DNA from: an uncultured Rickettsiales bacterium
GTDB lineage: Bacteria; Pseudomonadota; Alphaproteobacteria; Rickettsiales; UBA1997
Direction: 5' to 3'
Assembly (NCBI GenBank): GCA_934747265.1
Contig: CAKVGI010000005.1
Coordinates: 7,921-71,920 of the forward strand
Length of the DNA stretch: 64,000 nucleotides
How positions within the stretch are numbered: the stretch's first letter is position 1; each line of letters opens with the position of its first letter. The notes beneath the pieces are model-generated. The model did no database searches. It saw nothing but the letters and a program-made list of their open reading frames with translations, and had not been told where the DNA came from. The translations under genes were made by a program, and so were the position numbers. Shown in pieces: positions 1 through 9,383 of this stretch.

Positions 1-1030
1 CTTGATTATAGATCAAAATTCCACCCGGACAGTTCATAGGCTTAACGCAGAATTGGCTATTATCTTCCATTTTTCCAGAATAATTATGTTCACCATATTT
101 TTCCCAATGTCCTGAAGTTTCCCACAAACATCTATTCATAATTCTAGGAGTTGAAACTTCAATATATCCAGCATCTTCTTGTTTTTTCCTCATATGAGCA
201 ATTAAAGCATTATAAATAAATAATCCTTTTGGATGATAGAAAGGCGCACCCGGAGCATATTCTGGTTCAAAATGAGCTAAATCCATAGCTTTTACAATTT
301 TTTTATGATCTCTTTTTTCTGCTTCTTTTAAGAAATCAAAATATTTTTCTAAATCTTCTTTGCTAGCCCAAGCTGTACCATAAATTCTTTGAAGCATTTT
401 TTTAGTACTATCACCTCTCCAATATGCGCCAGCAACCTTTGTCAATTTAAAGAACTTTAAATATCTAGTTGATGGAACATGTGGACCTCTGCACAAATCA
501 ACAAAATCACCTAATTTGTATATTGTGATTTTTTCGCCTTCTGGCAAATCATTAATTAGTTCAACTTTATAAATCTCACCTTTATCTTTGAATAATTTTA
601 AAGCATTTTCTTTTGATATTTCTTCACAAGAAAATTTTATATCTTCCTTAACCAATTCACTCATTTTCTTTTCAATTGCCGAAAAATCATTTTCAGAAAA
701 AGGAGTTTCTCTATCAAAATCATAGTAAAATCCATTTTCAATAGCTGGACCAATAGCAACTAATACATTTTGAAATAATTGTTTTACAGCATAAGCCATT
801 AAATGCGCTGTTGAGTGTCTAATAATTTCTAATCCTTCATTAGAAAATTTGTCTATAAATTCAACATTGCAATCATTTTTAATTTCAGTTGATAAATCGC
901 TAGCTTTGCCATTAATTTTCATTGCAACAGAGCCTTTAAGCTCATCATTACTTAAAGCCTTTAATAGTTGGAAACCATTAACAGGACTTTCAAATTCTTT
1001 AATAGAATTGTTTACATTAATTTTAGTCAT
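1..1030 (-). CDS. thrS: Threonyl-tRNA synthetase, N-terminal ~343 codons (the gene runs off the left edge)
   Basis: The minus-strand frame is open from ATG at 1030 (MTKINVNNSIKEF...). It contains the editing-domain motif RHSTAHLMAYAV and the class II core ...CVKPMNCPGGILIYNQ at the window edge. It is missing from the ORF track because no stop lies in the window. Confidence 0.93.
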   Translation of the reverse strand, partial: MTKINVNNSIKEFESPVNGFQLLKALSNDELKGSVAMKINGKASDLSTEIKNDCNVEFIDKFSNEGLEIIRHSTAHLMAYAVKQLFQNVLVAIGPAIENGFYYDFDRETPFSENDFSAIEKKMSELVKEDIKFSCEEISKENALKLFKDKGEIYKVELINDLPEGEKITIYKLGDFVDLCRGPHVPSTRYLKFFKLTKVAGAYWRGDSTKKMLQRIYGTAWASKEDLEKYFDFLKEAEKRDHKKIVKAMDLAHFEPEYAPGAPFYHPKGLFIYNALIAHMRKKQEDAGYIEVSTPRIMNRCLWETSGHWEKYGEHNYSGKMEDNSQFCVKPMNCPGGILIYNQ

Positions 1031-1283
1031 TTTAATTTTTATTTGTTTATATTAGGATGTACTATTCATGCGGTGGGGTCAGGTCGCTATTTAGAGACCC
1101 ATTGTAGTTATAAAAACAGTATTTTTAATAAAATACATCATATTGTGCATCCTTTTTTGTATAGAGGCTAGCATATATCTATTTAAAAATCAATTTAATT
1201 TTTAAATTAATAAATTTAAAAAATATTTGACTTTTTTCAAATAATTGTTTAATTATCTTTTAGTTAATCAAGGAGAATTATTT

Positions 1284-2768
1284 ATGCAATTAAAGATTAA
1301 AAAAATGAATTATAATACAGGTAAGGAGCCTTATTTGTATTTAAATAAAAAATCACCGGTTGTTATAGAGCAAGGATTTGATGGTGGTATGAGAATAGAA
1401 ATTAAAAATGAAAAAGCTAAAATAGTTGGTGAATTGGTTTTGATTGAGGATAATAGCATAAAAGATGATGAGATTGGTTTGTCAGATAGAGCTTTTAATA
1501 GATTAGGATTATCAGAAGGTGAATTGGTTTCAGCTTTTCATATACCTGATTTAAAATCTTTTGCTGCTGTTAGAGCAAAAATGTTTGGTCATCCAATTAG
1601 TAAAGATGAAATGTTTGCTATTATTAAAGATATAGTTGATGGTTATTATTCTCCAAGTCATATTGCTGCTTTTTGCGGGGTTTGCGAGGGTGGAAATATG
1701 AATGATGATGAAATTTCATATTTAACAGATGCAATGATAAAAACTGGTCAAAGAATTGATTGGGGATTGGATATGGTTGTTGATAAGCATTGTATTGGTG
1801 GTATACCTGGCAATAGAACAACAAATGTTGCTATTCCAATAGTAGCAGCTTATGGTTTATATATTCCAAAAACATCGTCAAGAGCCATTACATCACCATC
1901 TGGAACAGCTGATACTATGGAAGTATTCTGTAATGTAAATATTCCTTTGGAAAGAATGAAGGAAATAGTAAAAAAAGAACATGGATGTATAGTTTGGGGT
2001 GGTTCGGTTAATTTGAGTCCATCAGATGATCTTATTATTAATACAAAGAAATTGTTAAATATTGATAGTGAAGGACAAATGGTTGCATCTATTTTATCTA
2101 AGAAAATTGCTGCTGGATCTACACATGCTTTAATTGTTGCGCCAGTTGGTCCTACTGCAAAAATTAGAACAGAAGAGGATTTTACTAGATTAAAAAGAAT
2201 TTTTGAGTCTGTTGGTAAAAAACTAGGTGTTCACGTTGTTGTTGCTCATGAAGATGGAATGCAACCAATTGGAAATGGAATAGGTCCTGCGTTAGAAGCA
2301 GTTGATGTTTTAAAAGTTCTTAAAAATGAGCCTGATGCACCACAAGACTTAAAAGAAATATCAATAGATTTAGCTGGTCAAATATTAGAATTTTCTCCGC
2401 AAGTTAAAAAAGGTGAAGGTGCAAAATTAGCAAGAGAGATTTTAGAAAGTGGAAAAGCTTATAAAAAATTCCAAGAAATTATTGAGGCGCAAGGTGATGT
2501 TAGAGAAATTCCAGTTGCTAAATTTACGTATGATTATTTGGCAAAGAATAGTGGTTCTGTTGTTGAAATAGATAATAGAAAATTATCACAAGCTTGCAGA
2601 GTTGCGGGTGCGCCAGAATCAAAAGTTGCTGGTTTATATCTTTATAAACATTTAAATGATCAAGTTAAAAAAGGTGAAAAAATATTTACAATTCATTCAA
2701 ATTCAAAAGGTGAATTAGAGCAAACTATTAAATTTGTTGAAGAAAATGAACTTTACAAGGTTAAATAA
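1284..2768 (+). CDS. Thymidine phosphorylase family protein, long AMP-phosphorylase-like form (~495 aa)
   Basis: A GGAG-type RBS (aaggagaa) lies 8 nt upstream of ATG 1284. The protein carries pyrimidine-nucleoside phosphorylase motifs (DKHCIGGIPGNRTT, TSSRAITSPSGTADTME, SILSKKIAAG). An extra N-terminal domain matches the ~500-aa archaeal-type AMP phosphorylases. Confidence 0.8.
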   Translation: MQLKIKKMNYNTGKEPYLYLNKKSPVVIEQGFDGGMRIEIKNEKAKIVGELVLIEDNSIKDDEIGLSDRAFNRLGLSEGELVSAFHIPDLKSFAAVRAKMFGHPISKDEMFAIIKDIVDGYYSPSHIAAFCGVCEGGNMNDDEISYLTDAMIKTGQRIDWGLDMVVDKHCIGGIPGNRTTNVAIPIVAAYGLYIPKTSSRAITSPSGTADTMEVFCNVNIPLERMKEIVKKEHGCIVWGGSVNLSPSDDLIINTKKLLNIDSEGQMVASILSKKIAAGSTHALIVAPVGPTAKIRTEEDFTRLKRIFESVGKKLGVHVVVAHEDGMQPIGNGIGPALEAVDVLKVLKNEPDAPQDLKEISIDLAGQILEFSPQVKKGEGAKLAREILESGKAYKKFQEIIEAQGDVREIPVAKFTYDYLAKNSGSVVEIDNRKLSQACRVAGAPESKVAGLYLYKHLNDQVKKGEKIFTIHSNSKGELEQTIKFVEENELYKVK

Positions 2769-2770
2769 TA

Positions 2771-4204
2771 ATGAATAATTTTATTTATAATCCAAAATCT
2801 TTGGTGGCTGATGAATTTATCAGTCATCAAGAAATATTAGATACTCTTGATTATGCTGAAAAAAATAAAAATAATCTAGTTTTAATTAATTCTATATTAA
2901 ATAAAGCAAGAGAAAGAAAAGGCTTAACCCATAGAGAAGCTTCTGTTTTATTATCTTGCGATATAGAAGAAAAAAATAAAGAAATTTTTGAGTTGGCAAA
3001 TCAAATAAAGCATGATTTTTATGGAAATAGAATTGTTCTTTTTGCTCCGCTTTATTTATCTAATTATTGTATAAATTCTTGCGTTTATTGTCCTTATCAT
3101 TGTCAAAATAGACATATAAAAAGAAAAAAGATGACACAAGAGGAAATTATTAAAGAGGTTATTGCTTTGCAAGATATGGGACATAAAAGGTTAGCCCTAG
3201 AAGCTGGCGAAGATCCAAAAAATAATCCAATAGAATATATTTTAGAGAGTATTAATACAATTTATAATGTAAAACATAAAAATGGTGCAATTAGAAGGGT
3301 AAATGTTAATATTGCTGCAACAACGGTTGAAAATTATAAAAAATTGCATGAAGCTGGTATTGGAACATATATTTTGTTTCAAGAAACGTACAATAAGCAG
3401 AATTATTTAGAATTACATCCAGCTGGTCCTAAGCATGATTATAATTATCATACAGAAGCAATGGATAGAGCTATGCAAGGTGGTATAGATGATGTTGGTT
3501 TAGGCGTTTTGTTTGGATTATCAACATATAAATATGAGTTTGCAGGACTTTTAATGCATGCTGAACATTTAGAAGCAACCTTTGGCGTTGGACCTCATAC
3601 AATTAGTTTTCCTAGAATAAAAAATGCAGACGATATAGATTCATCAAGTTTTAAAAATGGAATAAATGATGAAATATACTTGAAAATTATTGCTTGTACT
3701 AGAATTGCGGTTCCTTATACTGGTATGATTATATCAACAAGAGAGGGCAAGAATTGTAGAGAAAAAGCTTTACATTTAGGTATTTCGCAAATTAGTGGAG
3801 CATCAAAGACGAGTGTTGGTGGATATGCTGATGGTAGCGAAGAAGAAAGCGAAAATACATCTCAATTTGATTTAAGTGATAATAGAACGCTTGATGAAAT
3901 TGTTAGTTGGCTTATGGAATGTGGACATATTCCTAGTTTTTGTACGGCTTGTTATAGAGCTGGTAGAACTGGTGATAGGTTTATGGAATTATGCAAAAGT
4001 AAACAAATACAAAATTGTTGCCACCCTAACGCTTTATTAACGTTAAAAGAATATCTTGAAGATTATGCTTCAAAAGAGACAAAAGAATTAGGTGAACGAA
4101 TTATTAAGAAAGAAATTAATAATGTTCCAAACGAGAAAACTAGAGAAATTTTAGTCCAGTACTTAAAGAAAATATCCGATGGTGAGAGAGATTTTAGATT
4201 TTAA
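2771..4204 (+). CDS. hydG: Radical SAM tyrosine lyase, HydG-type ([FeFe]-hydrogenase H-cluster maturase family)
   Basis: It has the CX3CX2C radical SAM motif (YCINSCVYCPY) and the stretch FYGNRIVLFAPLYLSNYC. It also has the C-terminal auxiliary cluster region SFCTACYRAGRTGDRFMELC...CHPNALLTLKEYLEDY. That region separates HydG (~470 aa) from ThiH. Confidence 0.8.
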   Translation: MNNFIYNPKSLVADEFISHQEILDTLDYAEKNKNNLVLINSILNKARERKGLTHREASVLLSCDIEEKNKEIFELANQIKHDFYGNRIVLFAPLYLSNYCINSCVYCPYHCQNRHIKRKKMTQEEIIKEVIALQDMGHKRLALEAGEDPKNNPIEYILESINTIYNVKHKNGAIRRVNVNIAATTVENYKKLHEAGIGTYILFQETYNKQNYLELHPAGPKHDYNYHTEAMDRAMQGGIDDVGLGVLFGLSTYKYEFAGLLMHAEHLEATFGVGPHTISFPRIKNADDIDSSSFKNGINDEIYLKIIACTRIAVPYTGMIISTREGKNCREKALHLGISQISGASKTSVGGYADGSEEESENTSQFDLSDNRTLDEIVSWLMECGHIPSFCTACYRAGRTGDRFMELCKSKQIQNCCHPNALLTLKEYLEDYASKETKELGERIIKKEINNVPNEKTREILVQYLKKISDGERDFRF

Positions 4205-4214
4205 CTATATTACT

Positions 4215-4246
4215 TATGATGTTAAACTTATATGTTTAACATCATA
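4215..4246. terminator. Perfect 13-bp-stem hairpin between hydG and tRNA-Gln
   Basis: TATGATGTTAAAC-ttatat-GTTTAACATCATA. The flanking U-run is weak. Confidence 0.45.
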
Positions 4247-4346
4247 GTATACCATATTTATTTTAAAATCAGTGTTAGTTTTTAGTAATACTAGTAATGA
4301 ACGAATGTTTTTTAACAAATAAAATGCAAATGGTAATATCTATGTA

Positions 4347-4420
4347 TGGCTGTCAGACTAGGATTCGAACCTAGATAAACAGAATCAGAATCTGTTGTCC
4401 TACCATTAGACGATCTGACA
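4347..4420 (-). tRNA. tRNA-Gln (anticodon CUG), CCA encoded
   Basis: Manual cloverleaf: TGTCAGA-TC-GTCT-AATGGTA-GGAC-A-ACAGA-TTCTGAT-TCTGT-TTAT-CTAGG-TTCGAAT-CCTAG-TCTGACA-G-CCA. U1:A72 and G73 are typical of bacterial tRNA-Gln. Confidence 0.9.
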
Positions 4421-4448
4421 ATATATTTTGGTAAAATATGCTATATAT

Positions 4449-4476
4449 ATGATAAGAATATAAAAATAAATTTCAA
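4449..4476 (-). promoter_or_regulatory. Putative sigma70-type promoter of tRNA-Gln
   Basis: On the minus strand it reads TTGAAA-16 nt-TATCAT, about 25 nt upstream of the tRNA 5' end. It is duplicated with the tRNA at 17396-17423, where the -35 reads TTAAAA. Confidence 0.4.
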
Positions 4477-4622
4477 GAGGGAAAATAAAAATTTTTGTAG
4501 ATCAATTCAATAATATATTGGAGTTTTTTAATTGTTGAAATATTAATGTAAATTTTATTAATTAATTGACAATTTATTTTTTGAATATATCATTTTTATA
4601 GTTTGTTTTCTAAATTTATATA

Positions 4623-5135
4623 ATGAGGATATTAGAGAGAAATAAAAAAATGCTTTTATTTATGGAGAATGTATTTATATATTCTTTAATTATATTTTTT
4701 GAGATTTTTTCCTCTGTTCCGATTAGATTTTTTAATAATTTTGTTATATTACCAAATATTGCATCAATTCTGATATTTATCTTTTTAATTATTGGAGTTG
4801 AGGAAATTAATTATTTTGCTTTATTTGTATTAGGTTTTCTTTTTGATGCTTTTAATTTGTTGCCTTTTGGTAGTACATCCTTAATATGGCTAATTTCAAG
4901 TAAAATTGTAAATATTTTAAGAACTCATCTATATACTCCTGATACTCTAATTACTAATCTTAGGGATTTTACAATATATACTTTGATAAGTAATTTATTT
5001 GGTTGGATATTATTCAGTGTAATATATAGAACAGCTTATCCAATATCTGTATTCATACTACAAATAATTTTAAATGTAATATTTTTTGCTGTATTATATA
5101 GAATAATTAAAAAATTAGAGAGGCTTTTGACATAA
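4623..5135 (+). CDS. mreD: Rod shape-determining protein MreD (polytopic membrane protein)
   Basis: It is a very hydrophobic ~170-aa protein directly upstream of PBP2 (stop at 5135, mrdA ATG at 5137). The call rests mainly on position and topology. The start codon is uncertain (4623 or 4650). Confidence 0.65.
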   Translation: MRILERNKKMLLFMENVFIYSLIIFFEIFSSVPIRFFNNFVILPNIASILIFIFLIIGVEEINYFALFVLGFLFDAFNLLPFGSTSLIWLISSKIVNILRTHLYTPDTLITNLRDFTIYTLISNLFGWILFSVIYRTAYPISVFILQIILNVIFFAVLYRIIKKLERLLT

Positions 5136-5136
5136 T

Positions 5137-7020
5137 ATGCTTGGTATTCACGAGGAACATGAAAAAGCTTCTATATCAAATAAAAGATTGATTTTTGTAT
5201 TTTTAGTACAAGTATTTTTGTTCTTGATTCTTATAATAAGATTATTTTTTTTACAAATAGTAAATTATAATAAATATAAAAATATGTCTGAGGATAATAG
5301 AATTAAGACTTTTATTATTCCACCTTTAAGAGGACATATTTTTGATAGAAATAATGTTCAATTAACAGAAAATCAGAAAAATTATAGAGTTTTGTTATAT
5401 AAGAGTAAAGTAGAAAAAAAGAATTTAGATGTTTTGACAAGATTATCTAAAATCTTAAATCTATCAAAGGAAGAATTTAATAAAATACTTAAAAAAGTTG
5501 AAAAAAATTACGGAAAGCCAATAATTACAATTTTAGATAATGTTTCTTGGAATGATTTAGTTAAAATTCAAACTAATTCTTATATGTTGGATGGAATTAT
5601 GATAGAAGAGGGCTATATTAGATATTATCCATATTCTACGACGTTTGCTCATATAATTGGATATGTAAATAATCCATCAAAAGATGAAATAGATAAGGAA
5701 ACAAAAATAAAGCAAAAAGAATTGTTGTTGCATCCAGATTATAAGATTGGTAGAACTGGACTTGAAAGGGTTTTTAATGGTAGCATAACTGGTCATAATG
5801 GTTTTAGAAAACTTGAGATGAATGCTTTATCTATACCTATTGGTGAGATTGAGGTTAAAAATAGTACCGAGGGAAAAAATGTAAAGCTTACAATAGATTT
5901 TAATTTGCAGAAATTTGTGGAGTATAGAATGGAGAATGTTAGAGGTTCTGTAATAGTTATGAATATCTGGACTGGCGAAATATTGTCATTGGTTTCAATG
6001 CCATCTTACGATAACAATAAGTTTGTTGAAGGTATATCCAACGAATATTGGAATGAGTTAAATAATAATGAAGCTAAACCATTAAATAATAAAGCTGTTA
6101 GCGCGACATATCCACCCGGATCTACATTTAAATTGATAACCGCAATATCCGCATTGGAAAATGGTTGGGCTGAGGATAAAATTGTTGATTGCACAGGTGA
6201 ACTTGTTTTAAATAAAAAAAGAACTATGCACTGTTGGAAAGAAGGTGGTCATGGTAAGCTTGATTTAGTTGAAGGTATAAAAAATTCATGTAATATATAT
6301 TTTACAAAATTGGGACTTTATAGTGGAATAGACAATATATATAAAACAGCTAGAGATTTTGGACTTGGTGAAAAATATGATATTAAGCTTTTAAATACAA
6401 AAATTGGAACAATACCAAATAGAGAATGGAAGAAAAAAGTTTTTGATGATATATGGGTTTCCGGTGATACCGTAAATGTTGCTATTGGACAAGGTTTTTT
6501 AAGTACTACACCGTTAGAATTAGTTGTTATGACATCAAGAATTGCTAATGGTGGCTATAAAATAAAGCCATATTTAATAAGTAATAGTGAGATTGCTGAT
6601 TATAATAAAGAATTGTATTCGAAAGAACCTATGGTTAAAAAAGAAAATATAGATATAGTTAAAAAGGGTATGTATGAAGTTGTAAACACAAAAGGAGGTA
6701 CCGCATACTGGACAAGAATTAAACAAAGTGGTTTTGAAATGGCTGGAAAAACTGGTACAGCACAAGTTATAGCAAAAGAAAAGAAAGATATAATGGAAGA
6801 AGAAAATGAATCAGTTGAGACAAAATATCAAAATCATGGATTATTTATAGCTTTTGCGCCATATAGGGATCCTAAATATGCTATTGTTGTGGTTGTTGAA
6901 CATGGAAGTAGTGGATCCGGTGCCGCTGCTCCAATAGCAAAAGATATTTTGCTTTATGCTCAAAAAAATCGTATAGGATATGATAAAATAAAAACGACGA
7001 TCAATAAAAATGAAAATTGA
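5137..7020 (+). CDS. mrdA: Penicillin-binding protein 2 (elongasome transpeptidase)
   Basis: It has an N-terminal TM anchor and the motifs SxxK (PGSTFKLITA), SxN (KNSCNIYF) and KTG (AGKTGTAQ). It ends with a TGA stop. Confidence 0.93.
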   Translation: MLGIHEEHEKASISNKRLIFVFLVQVFLFLILIIRLFFLQIVNYNKYKNMSEDNRIKTFIIPPLRGHIFDRNNVQLTENQKNYRVLLYKSKVEKKNLDVLTRLSKILNLSKEEFNKILKKVEKNYGKPIITILDNVSWNDLVKIQTNSYMLDGIMIEEGYIRYYPYSTTFAHIIGYVNNPSKDEIDKETKIKQKELLLHPDYKIGRTGLERVFNGSITGHNGFRKLEMNALSIPIGEIEVKNSTEGKNVKLTIDFNLQKFVEYRMENVRGSVIVMNIWTGEILSLVSMPSYDNNKFVEGISNEYWNELNNNEAKPLNNKAVSATYPPGSTFKLITAISALENGWAEDKIVDCTGELVLNKKRTMHCWKEGGHGKLDLVEGIKNSCNIYFTKLGLYSGIDNIYKTARDFGLGEKYDIKLLNTKIGTIPNREWKKKVFDDIWVSGDTVNVAIGQGFLSTTPLELVVMTSRIANGGYKIKPYLISNSEIADYNKELYSKEPMVKKENIDIVKKGMYEVVNTKGGTAYWTRIKQSGFEMAGKTGTAQVIAKEKKDIMEEENESVETKYQNHGLFIAFAPYRDPKYAIVVVVEHGSSGSGAAAPIAKDILLYAQKNRIGYDKIKTTINKNEN

Positions 7021-7723
7021 AGATATTGGTTTTATAACATACGCGAAACAATATGAAGAAAATTCTTTATTGATTAAAGTTTTAAGTAAAGAAAATGGTT
7101 TAATATCTGGATATGTTAGACATACTAGTAAAAATAAATTAGATTTTCAGTTAGGAAATTTAGTTAAATTTAATTGGTCTGCAAAAAATATAAATCAATT
7201 AGGTAGCCTTAAAATCAACGTTTTAAGATCATATTTATCAGTGTTAATAAATAATAAATTTTATCTACATATTTTTGATAATATTTCATCGTTAATAAAT
7301 AATTTATTGTATGAGAGATATTTAGAAAATGACTTATTTGTAATAATAGAAAAAATTTTTTTATTAATGATAAATAATGTTGGTGAAATGCGTATAGTAA
7401 AAGAATATTTAATATTTGAGAATACAATATTAAATATAGTTGGTACGGGAATTATATTTGATAATTTATGTGATTTTGATGATTTATTCTACATTTCACC
7501 AAAAACTGGTTTAGCTGTTTCAAAAATAAAGGGCGAACCGTATAAGGAAAAATTATTTCTATTTCCAAAAATTTTTAAGGACGATAATTTCACAAAAGAT
7601 GACATAAATGATTGTTTTTATTTAATAGACTTTTTTCTAAAAAGATATTTAGAAGAAAATAATCTTTATAATAAAAGTAGAACTTTATTGTTATTAAAAG
7701 AAAACATATTTAAAGCGATTTAA
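7010..7723 (+). CDS. recO: DNA repair protein RecO
   Basis: The N-terminal OB-fold region matches RecO (IEDIGFITYAKQYEENSLLIKVLSKENGLISGYVR). The size fits, and it overlaps the mrdA end by 11 nt. Confidence 0.75.
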   Translation: MKIEDIGFITYAKQYEENSLLIKVLSKENGLISGYVRHTSKNKLDFQLGNLVKFNWSAKNINQLGSLKINVLRSYLSVLINNKFYLHIFDNISSLINNLLYERYLENDLFVIIEKIFLLMINNVGEMRIVKEYLIFENTILNIVGTGIIFDNLCDFDDLFYISPKTGLAVSKIKGEPYKEKLFLFPKIFKDDNFTKDDINDCFYLIDFFLKRYLEENNLYNKSRTLLLLKENIFKAI

Positions 7724-7733
7724 ATCATATTAT

Positions 7734-8468
7734 CTATTGAACAGTTTTTTTATCAAAATATTCATAAAAGATTTTTCTAGCATTTTCCAATCTTTCCTTT
7801 GAAAGCGGTGGTAAACCTTTTAGTGGATATTCTATTCCTAATTTTTCCCATTTAACAATACCCATAGTGTGATAAGGTAGTAATTCTATTTTTTCAACTA
7901 TATCTTTATAGTCTAAAAGAAATTCTGCTAATTGTTTTAGTTCTGCATCGTTATCTGTGATTGTTGGGACTATAACATGCCTAATCCATACCTTTTTGTT
8001 AATTGATTTTAGATATTCTAAAAATAATAATGTATTACTTAAATTCCCACAGGTTAAGTCTTTGTATTTTGTGGGGTTTATTGATTTTATATCAAGTAAT
8101 ACAAGATCGGTATATTTTATTAATTCTTTGATTTTATCATTTAAAACTACACCGGCAGTATCTAATGCTGTATGTAAATTTTTGTTTTTTGCTAATTTAA
8201 ATAATTCTAAACAAAAATCTGGTTGTAATAAAGGTTCTCCACCACTTATTGTTATTCCACCGTTTTTTATAAAATTGTAATATTTTTCAATTTCATCAAA
8301 AACTTCCTCTGATGTTTTTTTGAAAATATAAGAATTTGCATCCCAAGTATTTCTGTTATGACAATATTTACATTTCAATCCACAACCTTGTAAAAATAAT
8401 ACATATCTTACACCAGGACCATCAACTGTTCCAAAAGTTTCAATAGAATTAATATATCCAAATGTCAT
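7734..8468 (-). CDS. pflA: Glycyl-radical enzyme activating protein (pyruvate formate-lyase activase type)
   Basis: The N-terminus GYINSIETFGTVDGPGVRYVLFLQGCGLKCKYCHNRNTW is the canonical PFL-AE signature, including CX3CX2C. Confidence 0.9.
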   Translation of the reverse strand: MTFGYINSIETFGTVDGPGVRYVLFLQGCGLKCKYCHNRNTWDANSYIFKKTSEEVFDEIEKYYNFIKNGGITISGGEPLLQPDFCLELFKLAKNKNLHTALDTAGVVLNDKIKELIKYTDLVLLDIKSINPTKYKDLTCGNLSNTLLFLEYLKSINKKVWIRHVIVPTITDNDAELKQLAEFLLDYKDIVEKIELLPYHTMGIVKWEKLGIEYPLKGLPPLSKERLENARKIFYEYFDKKTVQ

Positions 8469-8594
8469 AACTTTCTAAATTATTATTTACTATAATATTA
8501 GAACAAAAAAATAATAATACTATAATTTTTACATTGAAAATTAAAAAAAATATCTTAATATCTCAAAATATTAACAATTATTAATTTTTATTTT

Positions 8595-9341
8595 ATGTCT
8601 GGACATTCAAAATGGGCTACAACAAAACATCAAAAAGCTATTACAGATGCTAAAAGAGCCAAAAATTTTACTAAATTATTAAAAGAAATTACAGTAGCAG
8701 CCAAATTAGGTGATCCTAATCCAGACTTTAATCCTAGATTAAGAAGCGCAGTTATTGCTGCAAAAGCTGCAAGTATGCCTAAAATTAATATTGAAAACGC
8801 TATCAAAAAAGCTAGTTCTGGTACAGCAGGCGAAAATTGGTCAGAAATGAGATATGAGGGTTATGGACCTAATGGAATTGCTATTATTGTAGAAGCTTTA
8901 ACAGATAATAAAAACAGAACTGCATCAAGCATTCGTTCTACATTTACAAAGTTTGGCGGAAATATGGGCGAAACTGGAAGTGTAAGCTTTATGTTTGATA
9001 AAGTTGGTGTTATTGGCTATGATGGAACCTCAGCAAAAGAAGATGAGATGTTAGAAGCTGGTATTGAAGCTGGTGCTGAAAATGTGGAAAGTTCAGAGGA
9101 ATGGCATGAAATCACTACATCTGTTGAAGATTTTATTAAAGTAAGAGATTCTTTAATGGAAAAATTTGGAGAGCCAAAAGAAGCTAGTTTAAAATGGGTT
9201 GCAAAAGATCCTGTTGTAATAGACGATTTTGAAAAAGCTGAGAAAATTCAAAAATTATTAGAAGCATTAGAAGATAATGATGATGCACAAAATGTTTATA
9301 GTAATTTTGAAACAACAGAAGAAATTGCTGAAAAATTATAA
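8595..9341 (+). CDS. yebC: YebC/PmpR family DNA-binding regulator
   Basis: MSGHSKWATTKHQKA...NPRLRSAVIAAKAASMPK is the family signature. Confidence 0.92.
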   Translation: MSGHSKWATTKHQKAITDAKRAKNFTKLLKEITVAAKLGDPNPDFNPRLRSAVIAAKAASMPKINIENAIKKASSGTAGENWSEMRYEGYGPNGIAIIVEALTDNKNRTASSIRSTFTKFGGNMGETGSVSFMFDKVGVIGYDGTSAKEDEMLEAGIEAGAENVESSEEWHEITTSVEDFIKVRDSLMEKFGEPKEASLKWVAKDPVVIDDFEKAEKIQKLLEALEDNDDAQNVYSNFETTEEIAEKL

Positions 9342-9348
9342 CAATATC

Positions 9349-9373
9349 TTTCCCCCACATATAATGGGGGAAA
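9349..9373. terminator. Hairpin between convergent yebC and the capsid gene
   Basis: TTTCCCCCA-catataa-TGGGGGAAA. Confidence 0.5.
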
Positions 9374-9383
9374 TTCTTGGGGA

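Larger units (their letters stand above)
4345..4497. repeat. Copy 1 of the duplicated tRNA-Gln cassette (~150 bp; second copy at 17292-17444)
   Basis: It is near-identical to 17292-17444 and covers the tRNA plus ~75 bp of its upstream region. Confidence 0.9.

Noticed and set aside
1045-1100. GC-richer patch (GGATGTACTATTCATGCGGTGGGGTCAGGTCGCTATTTAGAGACCC) in the thrS / phosphorylase intergenic region, considered as a thrS operator or riboswitch
   Set aside because: Only a 5-bp stem (GGGTC/GACCC) with a 15-nt loop can be drawn. It shows no resemblance to a tRNA-Thr anticodon-arm mimic or any riboswitch I know. The evidence is insufficient to call a feature.
849-1171. Tracked plus-strand ORFs 849-1055 and 968-1171
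   Set aside because: The first lies antisense within the 5' end of thrS. The second spans the thrS start and the intergenic region. Neither has an RBS or recognisable similarity.
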